Of a stretch of DNA of 64,000 bases, positions 11,489-23,800 are shown piece by piece. Position numbers and translations under genes: made by a program. The notes beneath the pieces were generated by a model. It did no database searches. It was not told where the DNA came from and was given only the letters and a program-made list of their open reading frames with translations. This stretch comes from Takakia lepidozioides (Eukaryota; Plantae; Bryophyta). The stretch spans positions 62,806,001 through 62,870,000 of the forward strand of contig CM060734.1 of assembly GCA_030704615.1 (NCBI GenBank). The letters are read 5' to 3'. How positions within the stretch are numbered: the stretch's first letter is position 1; each line of letters starts with the position of its first letter.

Positions 11489-13560
11489 TTAAAGCATTAA
11501 AATGTTGAAGGTTTGATATGAAGTGGCCAGTAGTATGTGTCAAGTATAAGAACATGACTGAACACAAACAAGAGATCAGACTAGAGATACAAGACTAGAC
11601 AAGAAATCAAGATCGGTGTGGCCATATGCACGATGAGTAAATATGAATCAATACGATCTTTATAACAATGAACAAAAGTACAAGATATTGGAACACGACT
11701 TGAATACTGGAATGCTGGAAACTGGACTGGAGTACCACATACAGGAAATTGGGCTAGAGTATTGGGAACTGGAAACAAGGGTAGCTTGAACTGGTGTTGG
11801 CGAGACTGAAGAGTGTCCAGTCTCGCCTCCTATATATACTAGCTACTAAGAAGTCTCCTAAGAAGCTTCCCCCCCCTACGGAGGTTTCTTGATGCAGAAG
11901 TTTCCAAGAGTAAACAAAGGTTTCTTGATGGAGAAGCTTCCTTAAACAAAGGAAGTATCTTGATGGAGAAGTTTCATCCAAAAGAAGCTTCATGAGCAGT
12001 TTCTCAAGTTATTCTTGGTAATTTGATAAACTCCCGGTAACATGGTAAGTAATGATAGATAATGGTAGATCATGGTAATTTCTGGTAACATGGTAACTTG
12101 GTAACTTCTGATATTTACTCCTGGTAAGTTCCTCTAGGCTATGTCTGTGGCATCACCCCCTCCTCTAGCACCGAGTTCCTCAAGGAGCGGTAAAATCTTG
12201 GACTTACTTAGAGTTGGAGAAAATCCAAAATCCAACGAATGATACTTGTCAAGTATTCGGCTTTTTGTTCTTGACTCAAATGATTTATAGGTCCCTGCAA
12301 CCATCGATAGTGTCCAACACCTTGAACTTGGGACCACGCAGTGATTTGAGCATTCTGATTTTCGAAATTGTATTCAAACATGATTTCGTTGCCTTCTGGG
12401 TCCGAAGCCTCAACCTCCAACAGAATCGAGTAGGCTCCACTTGTCGTCGTACGGGGTTTAGAGGAAGTACGCGTCGCATTGGTGGCCTATCGTCTCGAGA
12501 GCGTCGGCGTAATGTTGAAGGTCGTGAGAGTCGGAACGGCTGATCTGATAGTTGGGTAAGCGACAGCTTCAATGTATTTGGTTCTTGTAACTCCATGCTG
12601 CTAATACAAGATACAAGAGTACTAGAAGTGTAGCTATATATACTGATGTGTGGTGCTCATCTCTCCTTAGCGTGTATCAGGTACATTGAATGTGGATGTT
12701 TCACCTTGAAGCTAACTTGGCTGACATCATCGCATTGGCGAGGTTGGATGAAGGTTCCCACGTTCGTTCGCTGATGTCGTAGCTTTTCCAATGTACGAAA
12801 TACTCAAGATGTTTATACTTGATGTAAGAGTCTAGGACTTCGTCGACTTCATACTCAATTTCCTAATTGACTTCGATTAGTGGAGGTGATACGGAGACTC
12901 TCCCTAGAATATTCGACGGATGATACAATTCCAATAATGAAACATGAAAGACTGGATGGATGCACATACTTCGTGGGAGTTCAAGCCGAAAACTGACCGG
13001 ATTTATTTGTCGAATAATTTTGAATGATCCCAGGCGTTGATAATCCAACTTCCTTGATGGTTGCGAGGTTTGTATGTCCCGTCGAAGAAGCCACACACGA
13101 TCTCCGACCTTGAATTGAGGTTGGAATTGACGACGTTGATCTGCATACTCCTTGTATTGTTTTTGAGCTTCTGCGAGGTGGAATGTAAGCTCATTGTGAA
13201 TTATAGCAAGATGAGTAGCAAGGTTTTCTGCAGCAGGGCTTCCAACAGTCTTCATGTGGAAAATGTTTGCTCGAGGATGATGACCATAATTGGAGAAAAA
13301 TGGAGTTTGCTTGGTCGAAGAATGTATAGTGTTGTTATAGGCAAACTCAGCCAATGACAGAAGGTCTGTCCAATTATCTTGGTGATAATTTATTGTATAG
13401 CGAAGATAATGCTCCAAAATCTGGTTTACCCATTCGGTTTGACCATCAGTTTGTGGATGATTAGCTGTAGAGAGGTTGATCTTAGTATCCAATATATGAA
13501 ATAATCCCTTCCAGAAATCTGATATGAACTGTGGTCCTCGATCAGATACGATGTCCTTCG

Positions 13561-14285
13561 TGTCGCACACCTCACTTCGGTAAGCTTCCTTTCAAGTCAT
13601 AGTTACTCGCTTGATGCGCGCGCCTAACTCCCAAACTGGCCGCCCGGCCAACTCGGAGCTTCGGCTGCTCACCGGGGCATAACGGTCCCCCTTTACTCCT
13701 CCACAAGACCCTCTTTCAATTTGGGCCAAGTGAAAATTCCCTGTGGTCGATGGCAGTCCGGAATCGCTCCTAACACCTTGGTCGCTTCCCGGCTCGCACG
13801 CTTACTCACTAGTTTTTGGTCACCAACGGGCTTGCACCATTCTCGGGGTTACTACTCCCTATATATACTTCTGTGACTATCCGCGGGGGTTTAAAAAACA
13901 ACCATGTCATTTTATGACGAACCACCACAAAAACCCTCGATTCCCGGTGATGAGTTGCGGTGAGTCTTGGCCCACCCACCACGGTCCCATTGGACCGTGA
14001 TGAGTCCCAAGACTCCCCACGACTCCTACCACAAGGTCTCCGCCCCCATGGTGAGTCCTATGCCACCCCCACTAAGTCCCACTAAGCTACCACCACCCCT
14101 CATGGAACCATCCCCACCACAACCCGGTGTGCGGGGCTCCACCTAGTGAGCGCCTTCGCTTCCTTGAGTGCCTTGGGCACTCAAGGGTGCTTCAGCCCCC
14201 GCAACTAATGTTGTCACTGCCCCCACCACAGGGGCAGCCCCTCACGTGTCCCGACCCCCTGCCCTCAAGGCAAAGGGCGGCGACA
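13561..14285. mobile_element. Solo LTR (725 bp) of a second family inserted in the integrase
   Basis: TGTCGC...GCGACA termini with 5-bp TSD CTTCG (13556-13560, 14286-14290). Integrase sequence continues on both sides. Confidence 0.9.
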
Positions 14286-15875
14286 CTTCGGGAGTCCATG
14301 AATGCGGTAGATATTATTGAGGAATCTTGAGTCTTGCAGTTTCTTCGCCGGTAACCATCTTATTACATGGAATGAAATGTATCATCTTCGTAAAAAGATC
14401 TACAATAACAATGATTGAATCGGTGGTCTTGGAAATTGGAAGGTCCGTAATAAAGTCCATAGACACGGACGACCATGGGCCCTTGGGAATGGGTAATGGT
14501 TGAGAAGGTCGTAAGGTCGATGTCGTGGTCCCTTCGCTCTAGCACACGCGTCGCAAGATTTTATAAATTCTTTCACGAGTTTCCACATCTGCGGCCACCA
14601 ATAATCCCTGGATATCAATTCCACTGTTTTGTTGAAGCCAAAATGTCCTGCAGTCGGAAGATCATGACATGTTTGAAGAATTTGAAGTCGTGTAGGTCCT
14701 GGAGGTACATAAAGAAGTCCCTTGAAATAAAGTAAGTCATCTTTGAATTCGAAGTCGTTTGTAACATGTGGGTTGTCTCGATGTCGATTTAGTTGACTTC
14801 GTAGTGTCGTAGCAAATTGGTCGCTCTTCAGTGCTTCCTGAATCTCTTTTATGATCTCTACATCGTCATAGGTGGAATACATGGATAGCATATTCAATTG
14901 GAGATTTGGTGGTTTCAAGATGATGGATTTTTGTTGGTCAAAAGCTGCATCTTTTTTTTTTGGCGCAAGATACGATCGTCGAGAAAGAGTATCTGGTTTT
15001 CCTTGAAGATGTCCGAGACGGTAGATAATAACAAAATCAAACCTTGCTAGTGACATACTTCATCTTGCTTGTCGTTGATTCAAAACACGAGCACTCATAA
15101 AATACTCGAGGTTTTCGTGATCGGTATAGACTGTGACCTGAAGTTTAGCTCTCTCCAATAGATGACGCCACTCCTCAAAAGCATCGATAATCGCTAAGTT
15201 CTTTGTCATGGATTTTATAATTGATCTCCGCAGCGGAAAACTTGCGAGAACGAAAACCAACAGGGTGAAGTCGACCATCTGTACCGTATTGAGAGAGTAC
15301 CACGCCAAGTGCAAAGTCCGATGCATCTGCTTCCAAAAAGAATGGTTTAGATGGGTCTGCATGTACCAGTATTGAAGCCGTTGTAAATGCCTACTTCAGC
15401 ATTTCAAATGCTTGGTCAGCCTTCTCGTCCCATACAAATTTGTCCTTCACTGTGAGTCGTGTTAATGGTGGAGTAGTCATTGATAAAGATTATATAGAAA
15501 TTTGCAAATCCTATAAAATATTGTACATCTCGGACCAAAGTTGGTTTAATCCACTCGATGATGGTTTGTATTTGCTTCTGATCTATAAAGACTCATTTGT
15601 CGGAAATAATGTAGCCCAAAAATTCGACTTCAGATTGGTGGAAAAGACATTTTTCCAACTTGACGTATAGTCATTTTTCCCTCAATTTATCAAGGACAAG
15701 GCGTACATGACGACCATGTTCTTCTTCATTCTGTGTAAATATCAAAATGTCATTCAAATAGAAGACTACAAAGTCATCTAAAAATTCTTGAAAAATGTCA
15801 TTCATCATGTGTTGAAAAATTGCTGGAGCATTTGTAAGACCGAAAGGCATAACACTGTATTTGAAATGTGCGTAC

Positions 15876-16581
15876 CAGTGTTGTGCGGTTCTTGCCATAT
15901 TGAAGGAACCTCCGGTTCCGGTTCCTTGGTATATTTAAAGAGACCGATCCAGTTTCGGATCCGGTTCTTTTTTATGAAGCGGTTCCGGTTCCGGTTCCGG
16001 GTATTTTTTTAGGAAAGAACCGCCGATTCCAGTTTCCGGTTCCGGTTCTGTATTTTTTGAATTTATATATATATATATATATATCGTTTTTTATAAATCT
16101 GAAAATGATTTGTGAATCCCCATTAGTTATATCAAATCTTTTGAGCATGTTGAAAAGAAACAACACCACATTCATATACAAATTTATGAAATAATAATAA
16201 TGCAATGTAAGCGAGTATAAATTAATGTGTGTAGAATACACAAAGAAATAATTTTATCTCAAACAACTCGGCCTCTGCAATCAATTCTTCGTTGTTATCT
16301 AAGTGGACTTCCTCACTATTCAAAAACAGACGTGAGAGACGATACAACGTAGGGGAAGAAAAAAAAAAAAAAAAAAAAAAAAAAAACCAAAACCAAAACC
16401 AAATTTGCTGCCTACGATGCTACCTCCCTACACTGCTCCCTCCCCCGTGCTGATGCTCGCGCTGCTGCAGGTGGGAGGTGCGAGACTACAAGACTAGGAA
16501 AACCAACCCAAAGAAAAAAAAAAAAACCGCTACTCCCTCCCTCACGCGCTGAGGTGCTGCTCCCTCCCCCACGCGCTGGTG
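15876..16581. mobile_element. Truncated hAT-type MITE inserted in the gypsy RT, with adjacent deletion
   Basis: Starts CAGTGTTG followed by many CCGGTT subterminal repeats. The other end is missing together with the protease and RT N-terminus, so gag abuts the insert. Confidence 0.7.
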
Positions 16582-18391
16582 TCCTCCTTGTCGGAGATTT
16601 CGCATCTTTGTCTTTGTAACTCTCTCTCTATTATTCCCTCCAAACGTTACAGTGAACTCGGACATGAACGCTTCAAAATTGTATAGTAAATGCGAAATTT
16701 TCTCTAATAGCGGTGCAAACCAAGATAAGGCAGTGCCTGATAGAAGGGTGCCCACGAATCCCACTTGAATACCTTCATCAGGGTAGCATTGTAGATGTAG
16801 TCGTAGGAACAATCGTACTTATTGAACAAAACCGCGAAATCTTGATCTCGTCCAATCAAATTTTTCGGGCATGCTGAACTTTGGTTCCCTTGTAAAGATT
16901 TGAAAGAACCGTTGCAGTATGATTTGTTGTAGTAAGACTTGTTGTAGTAGAGACTCGTAAGGTTGAAGATCCATTGTTCGCCTCCTTCAACTTTGAAATT
17001 TGGTGTTGCAAATTGTTAAGAGCGTTGCCAAGATCTTGAGACTGATCAACTTGTAGTTGGGCAGTAGAGGCACGAAGTTCTTGCATCTGGAGCTGAGGAC
17101 TCTGCAATGTGGCGACCATTTCCGCAAATGTGCCTTCCATCTTAACTAACTAAAGAACAAACTTTAGTCTCGTCAAACTGTCAAGGACAAGAACATGACT
17201 GAACACAAACAATAGATCAGACTAGAGGTACAAGACTAGACAAGAAGTCAAGGTCGGCGTGGCCGTATGTACGATGAGTAAATATGAATCAAGACGATCT
17301 TGATAACAATGAACAAGAGTACAAGATATTGGAACACGACTTGAATACTGGAATGCTAGAAATTGGACCGGAGTACCAGATACTGGAAACTGGGCTAGAG
17401 TACTGGGAACTGGTAGGGCCCAACCCTTGTAGTCATAGATGGGTGATTGGATGCAGTTTTTCTGGTTACTAATCCTTAACTGAGTAGAAAAACCATCAAC
17501 TCTGGACACTATATTTTGAAGATACATTACATTCATTGGCATAATAGATCTAGAATATGAAGACACATTAGGGTTAACATATGATGCCTGAAACACTCTC
17601 AAGATTTCATGTGAAGTTGTGCACTCTCTCATATCAATTTTTAATAGCACAGCAAAGATGCCTAAGGCAACTGTGAAGATACCTTGCTACTGAACAAACT
17701 ACATAGAAAGGTGGCTTAAAGGGACATGGAGCAGCGAATAGTAGTAACGCACCACAGAGTTTCCTCAATGTCGTGTGCACTTCTCAACTAGCTTGTAAAC
17801 TTTCATAACGTTACAAGGGTAACTTGAACTGGTCTTGGCGAGACTGAAGTCTCGCCTCCTATATATACTGGCTACTAAGAATTCTCCTAAGAAGGTTCCT
17901 CTATGGAGGTTTCTTGATGAAGAAGTTTCCAAGAGTAAACAAAGGTTTCTTGATGGAGAAGCTTCCTTAAACAAAGGGGATATCTTGATGAAGAAGTTTC
18001 TTCCAAAAGAAGCTTCCTGAGCAATTTCCCAAGTTACTCTTGGTAATTTGGTAAACTCCCGGTAACATGATAAGTAATGGTAAATCATGGTAGATCATGG
18101 TAAATCATGATAAATCATGATAACTTCCGGTAACATGGTAACTTGGTAACTTCTAGTATTTACTCCTGGTAAATTTCTCTGGGCTATATCCGTGACAGTA
18201 TGATGACATATGTAATATTGACATTTCTTATAATTGCTGGATGGTCCAGCATCAAACTTTATTAAAAAAGTTCAAAAAGTGTGCAGTTGGTGCAGCAGTA
18301 CCCTGAGTTGTTGCCAGTGTCTCCAGTTCGTGGATATCAGCAGGCCTTTTGGACAACGATGTAGTTGTGTAGCGATATGTATGCGCACGAC

Positions 18392-18551
18392 AAATGTCCA
18401 GTGAATTTACGGAGCCTACTGCTCAACACATAGGCCATCGAGGACCCAATGGACGGTCTGAAGGCACAGGTTGAAGGATTGAACCGAGGATCACCTAGGC
18501 TATGCACAGGCAAGGCACAAACACCCAACCACGGGGCTACCTGCTCAAGTG
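18392..18551 (-). mobile_element. tRNA-derived SINE copy
   Basis: Reverse-complement copy of 19089-19240; B-box on the minus strand (GGATTGAACC on plus). Confidence 0.7.
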
Positions 18552-19088
18552 CAATTCTTAGAGAGAAATTTGCATGGCTATACAAAGAACATGCTATACA
18601 TAAATGGAAGTGCAAAAACTTACTATACATGGATGCCACTCTACAGTGGACACCAAATTAAAGTCAACCCACCTAACATGCATGTTGGTTGTTAGTAAAC
18701 CTATCAGCAAGTGGAATAAAGGGGACCTGGGTAGATGCGAGTTCATCCATTGGCCTAAGTTTGGTTCTTTTTAAATCCACAGTCAGATTGCACAGGTAAA
18801 GTGACAAAATTATCAGCTTCAGAAGCAATTTGTGCACATATGAGGTCCCGAAGTCGTGAAGCACTTGTCGAACAGTCGTAAAAAATTCGAGCGATGTCCA
18901 CCATTTCTAACTCTTGCAATTTCAACATTGCTTTCCAGATAAAACTAGCTGTGTGAAAACCCATCCCACTATTTTGTCTAGGACACCACCTATGTGGCTG
19001 TAGGGTAAAACCGACCAAATTTTAACACATCGAAACACTTGCCTCTATGAACTTTTCTGCACCCTTTGCCACCTTGGCTCTCTCTCTC

Positions 19089-19272
19089 CACTTGAGCGGG
19101 TAGCCCAATGGTTGTGCCTTGCCTGTGCATAACCTAGGTGATCCTGGGTTCAATCCTTCAACATGTTCCTTCAAATTGTCCATTGGGCCCTTGATGGCAT
19201 GTGTGTTGAGCAGTAAGCTCTGTAAATTTATTGGACGTTAAGCAAACTTTATCTTTATCTTTATCTTTATCT
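19089..19272 (+). mobile_element. tRNA-derived SINE copy with (TTTATC)n tail
   Basis: A-box TAGCCCAATGG, B-box GGTTCAATCC (19147-19156), 3' end GGACGTTAA plus (TTTATC)n. The same tail occurs at ~44207-44241. Confidence 0.75.
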
Positions 19273-20864
19273 CTCGCAACCACCTTTATCCTGCCTGCCA
19301 TACTTAGTAGCATAAATGGGCCACCCTCAAGATAGGAAACAACTAGTGACATTGGCTGTCCCACCACTAGTGACATAGGTAGCCAGTGACCAGCCCTTTT
19401 TTTTAAGGCGAAAAATTAGCCAAAAAGCTACAAATAAAACATGGAGTTGACATAGTTATATAGAAATATGGGATGAAAACACTTTGTTGGAGCCAGCTAC
19501 AACTCTGTAGATAGGGAGTCGGAGCCAAAACACTTCATTATCATATAAGCTTGCCGCCTTCATTTTTGGATCTCAATTTTGTAACTACAGCCAGATCTAT
19601 ACAGGTACACCACTAGATACACCACTAGATATCGCAGAGTCTGCACTCCGTAGAAGTTTCCATGTAGTGCATACATGTGCTGTCCATGTCTTGGCATCTA
19701 TTCCATGGGCTGCTGCCTTGGTCATTGTGCTGAACTTGATGTGGTGTCGTCGTGTGTGATGATTGCAAGGTATGCAAGTAGCGTTCAGACCAGCCTTTCT
19801 TTTTTCATATTCCAATATTGGAGCCACAAATTCTGTATCCTAAAAATCAGGGTGTCGTCATCACAAATTTTTACACTTCGCCATCACACTTCGCCAAAAC
19901 TCAACCTGAATGTAAGTATAGTTGCCAACCGTTGCACCAAAAAACTTGAATATAATCGCCAATTCAGTTCCAAGCCTGCTGACTGTAGCCATGTCTGTGA
20001 AACTTCATAAATGAAAAAAAAGGGCTGCCTGTGACACCATGTTGAAGATACCATTTGCAAGCAATTAATGAGTTACTTCTCACCCCATCGACAATAGTAG
20101 AACTATCCAGAAAGTCAACCCATGGAAGAGTTTCAAGAAGTTTCCTGGTCTCGATAATCTGGTCAGTCCCGAAAACCAGAGGAGCTGGTATAACAATACC
20201 TGCATAACATATTTCCTCAAGTAGGCTACATTATACAACATGATGTACACAGTAACCTTGCATGCTGCACTAATGATGATTCTGATTATGAGAACTGAAC
20301 ATCAAACAAGGAATGCTCTGCGAGCGGCGCACGCCTACGAGTCATGTACTGCCTACAACTTACTTCCATTCAGAGTAGCTTGTTAGAGCAGCATGGAGCC
20401 TGGATAAATTGTGCCAACCAGCTAAAGATGCCAGAGACTTGAGGCCACAAACAACGTGATGGCCAAAATTGTCCTGAGATACTGGACAGAATCAACTCCA
20501 GTCGCTACCAACCTGAATATTGTTCTCATAAAACAGCCATCTACCTTCGACGAGTCCCACGAGGTTTGGGTTTCACAGCGGCAGTCTGCATCAGCGACAA
20601 ACACCACCCACATCACTCCTAGTATCCCTTTCCTCAAAACAAAATGCAGGAAAACGAAGTCACAAGAACTTGTACAGAGGTAGACAAATGTACGGTACAT
20701 TCTCTCCGACTTTTGTTCCTGCATCTGCCTTTACCGATTCCCATCCCTACTGGTCTAGATTATATAGAAGACCCACACTTAATTATCAGAGAAGGCCATG
20801 ATGCAAGCATTCACACAAACTGCAACATCCCAGCATCCTAGAGTTTACTGACTGGTCATGCAAC

Positions 20865-23800
20865 TCAAGGCATGGGCTGCCTAATCCCCCTCTTGGGTTC
20901 CGGTTCTTCGTCCTGTTTCCTTTGCTAGAAATGAAGTATACAGGGTGTGGATATGAACACGGGGTAATAACAACATACTCCTGTTGCTGAGCCAATTCCA
21001 AACACAGGCACTCCTGTATTTGTTGCACCTGCCATTTCCCCATGATGCACACAATTAGCATATATTAAGGGGAAGTAACATGGTCAAGATGCTGGAGGGA
21101 AAACAAACTCTATGGCAAAGGGTGGAAAGAAGGGTGCTCACCAAATGCTGGAAGGGCCGGGGTGCTGAAGACCGGGGCAGAGGAGGGAGCACCGCCTAGC
21201 AATGTACTCCCCACTGTTGGGGTCCCAAATAAGCCAGTGGAGGCTGGTGTTGGTGTTCCAAACAAGCCTCCTGAAGCTGCAGGGCTAGAACCTGCACATT
21301 CATGGAGCCCAACCAGATCTTTTCGATCATCAGCAAACCTAACAACGCATGCTCACCACTTCAGTTACATAAAGCACACTGCTGACATAACTCACCCAGC
21401 AGAAATGAACCATGCCTCTGTATGCCTAGACTCCTGCACATGAGACTGGTTCCCAGACAAGAAGAAAACATCTTTCACTTTCATTGCAGGTTAAAGAGAG
21501 CTAATACATGGAGTAGCAACAGAATGTACCACCTGGAGCAGGCAACGCTGGGACAGAGAAAGAAGATCCAAATAGTGAGGGTGATGAAGTGGCTGTGATG
21601 CCAGAGGCGGTGGCAGCGCCTGACCCGAACAGCGAAGGTGTAGAGGTGGCAGGGGTGCCAAACAAAGATAGAGGGCTGGCAGTTGGCGTTGGCTGTGCTT
21701 GGAGTGCCCCAAAAGGAGAAGGGCCAGGAGTGGAGCCAGGAGGTGCATTGGGAGCCGGCAACGGGGAGAGGTGGAGCGTAGGGTGCAGAACACGCCTTTC
21801 AGCAGCATCTCGTTGAGCCATTGCTCGGCGCTCTGCCTCCAAGAATGGGTTGCTGTCATCTCCATGTCGCCTCCGCTCTGTTAAATAAGCAGAGCGCACT
21901 GCGCCCATGTGCTGATGAAGAGACTCCACCTGCCTCACCCGCCCCCCTAATCAGCCCATCTCCTCCTCTCTTTTGCTCTCCATGAAGTCCAGCAGCAAGG
22001 GCTGTGGAGTATGCAAGCCTTGAATAGTGTGGTCTAGAATGTGTGATATCAATGGGAAAAGCGAGAGAGAGAGAGAGTGTACTCATGAGATGTTTGCTGT
22101 AGCCATGTGGCCATAGACCCTGTGCCCAGTTTGGGGCGAACAAGGGGAACAGACACTACCTTTGTGGGGGGCTCCCTTCAGTGGTGGGACTGACATTGAT
22201 ATAACCAATTATGTCAGTTTCCTCTAGAAAACCCTTCACACAAGCATCAACCTGTTGTGAGTGAGCTGTCCAGCAAGTAGACACCAACATGGCCAGGGTT
22301 TTAGGCTCAGCCTTGAGATTTTGAAAGTTGGTGAACAGAGGTGCAGGGACCATGCTCTTGGTGGTCCTAAAGAGGATCGGTCTCTGATGAGAACACCCCG
22401 GACATCGTGTCAGAAAATTTAGAGTCTTCAGGCTGCCTCCACATTGGGCATCGACAATCTCCTTTTCCACTCTGCATCTGTTTATTGTTCAATGGTAGAC
22501 TCCCCGCCCTAATTCTAAATACGGAGTTTAGTAGTGTACTAAATATACTCCTCGGTATGAATGGACCCAAAAATATGGGAAAGTGTACATAGGGTATCTA
22601 GTATCAGGCATGCAATTCAACTAACCCCACCATCTGACCTTGACATCGAGAGCTCAAAGGGTGCTACGCCAAACTCGCCCCGTATATTTTGAAGCGGCAC
22701 GGGCTGCCCATAAAAAAAAATTGAAATATGAAAATCATTTTGTCAAATCTGCCCTAACAGCTGTGTTAGGTGGTCAGGATCACACTGACATGCATTCTTT
22801 GAGCACAAAAGCTGAGTGGATTCTAAAGTTTTAAAGTGGTTAAGTTGCCTTCCCACAGAAGCGTACTCCAAGGCAGGCCTAATAGAATGTACTCATAAGA
22901 TGTTGTTTGCCGTAGCCTTGTGGCCATTGACCCCGCGCCCAGTTTGAGCGGAACACAGGTAGGCCTGAGAGAGAGAGAGAGAGAGAGTACTCGTAAGACG
23001 TTGTTTGCCCTAGCCTTGTGGCCATTGAGAGAGAGAGAGAGAGAGAATGCACTCATGCTATTCCCTGTGACCGTTAGCTTGCCATAATCTTACAACCATC
23101 AACCCTGCGGGAAACTAACCCGCCTGTAGCCTTTTGCGGGGTTTGTACCCACCAGGGAATAGCTTATCCCCACATCTCAGCTTGCAGGTATTTTCCCGTA
23201 CTGCCATTAAGGCACTCACAGAGGCGCTTGTCCATGACAGCCTGGTTGCAGAGTTATTGATTTTAGTTCTGCGTATACCACAGGAACAACATGCATGGGG
23301 AAGGCATCTGCCCATCACTCTGGGTTGTGTGCAGAGAGAGACTGTTTTTCTTGAGGCCTACTGGATACACACCCTGCCTGAGCCAGCTGTGCTTTTCAAA
23401 CTAGCATGGCTTGTAAGACTCAGCACGAGATTGTCACAGCACAACCTCATGCAAAGCAATAACAATCCGGTTACAGCAATAAAAGTGTCCATTTTATGGC
23501 TAGTATTTACATCATGTTAGGGAGTATGACTTCTACCCCTATAGATAGCCACTGAAATGAACAGGTGCGGCAGAAGGATCCACGAACACTGAATGAAAAA
23601 GGCTAGGCATAGTGCTTAATCTTTTGCAAGCAGGTAAGTCTTGTCAGCATGCCTTAGCTCCAGAGGTGGTATTGGATAAAGTCACATAACCTTCCCTCTA
23701 CTTTGGCATCCTTGATTTCGAACAGCGGTGTGACACATGGAAGTTACATACACAAGAGGCCGAATAATCTAGATAACTTTTGAGGAGTTGCACACCTGCA

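Larger units (their letters stand above)
11538..18197 (-). mobile_element. Ty3/gypsy chromovirus (Tcn1/Tf1-like) LTR retrotransposon, degenerate, with nested insertions
   Basis: LTRs 11538-12152 and 17179-18197 (TG...CA). 5-bp TSD GTATG at 11533-11537 and 18198-18202. PPT at 12153-12168. gag 16580-17140; RT ([14 protein letters not shown]) 15400-15875; RNase H (VYTDHENL); integrase (HDLPTAGHFG, IVSDRGPQF, HPQTDGQTE); chromodomain ~12720-12865 (YEVDEVLDS, YFVHWK, TWEP). Confidence 0.95.

Noticed and set aside
18392-19240. MITE with ~160-bp TIRs
   Set aside because: Each arm has pol III A/B boxes and one has a simple-repeat tail; no TSD flanks the pair. Better explained as two SINEs.
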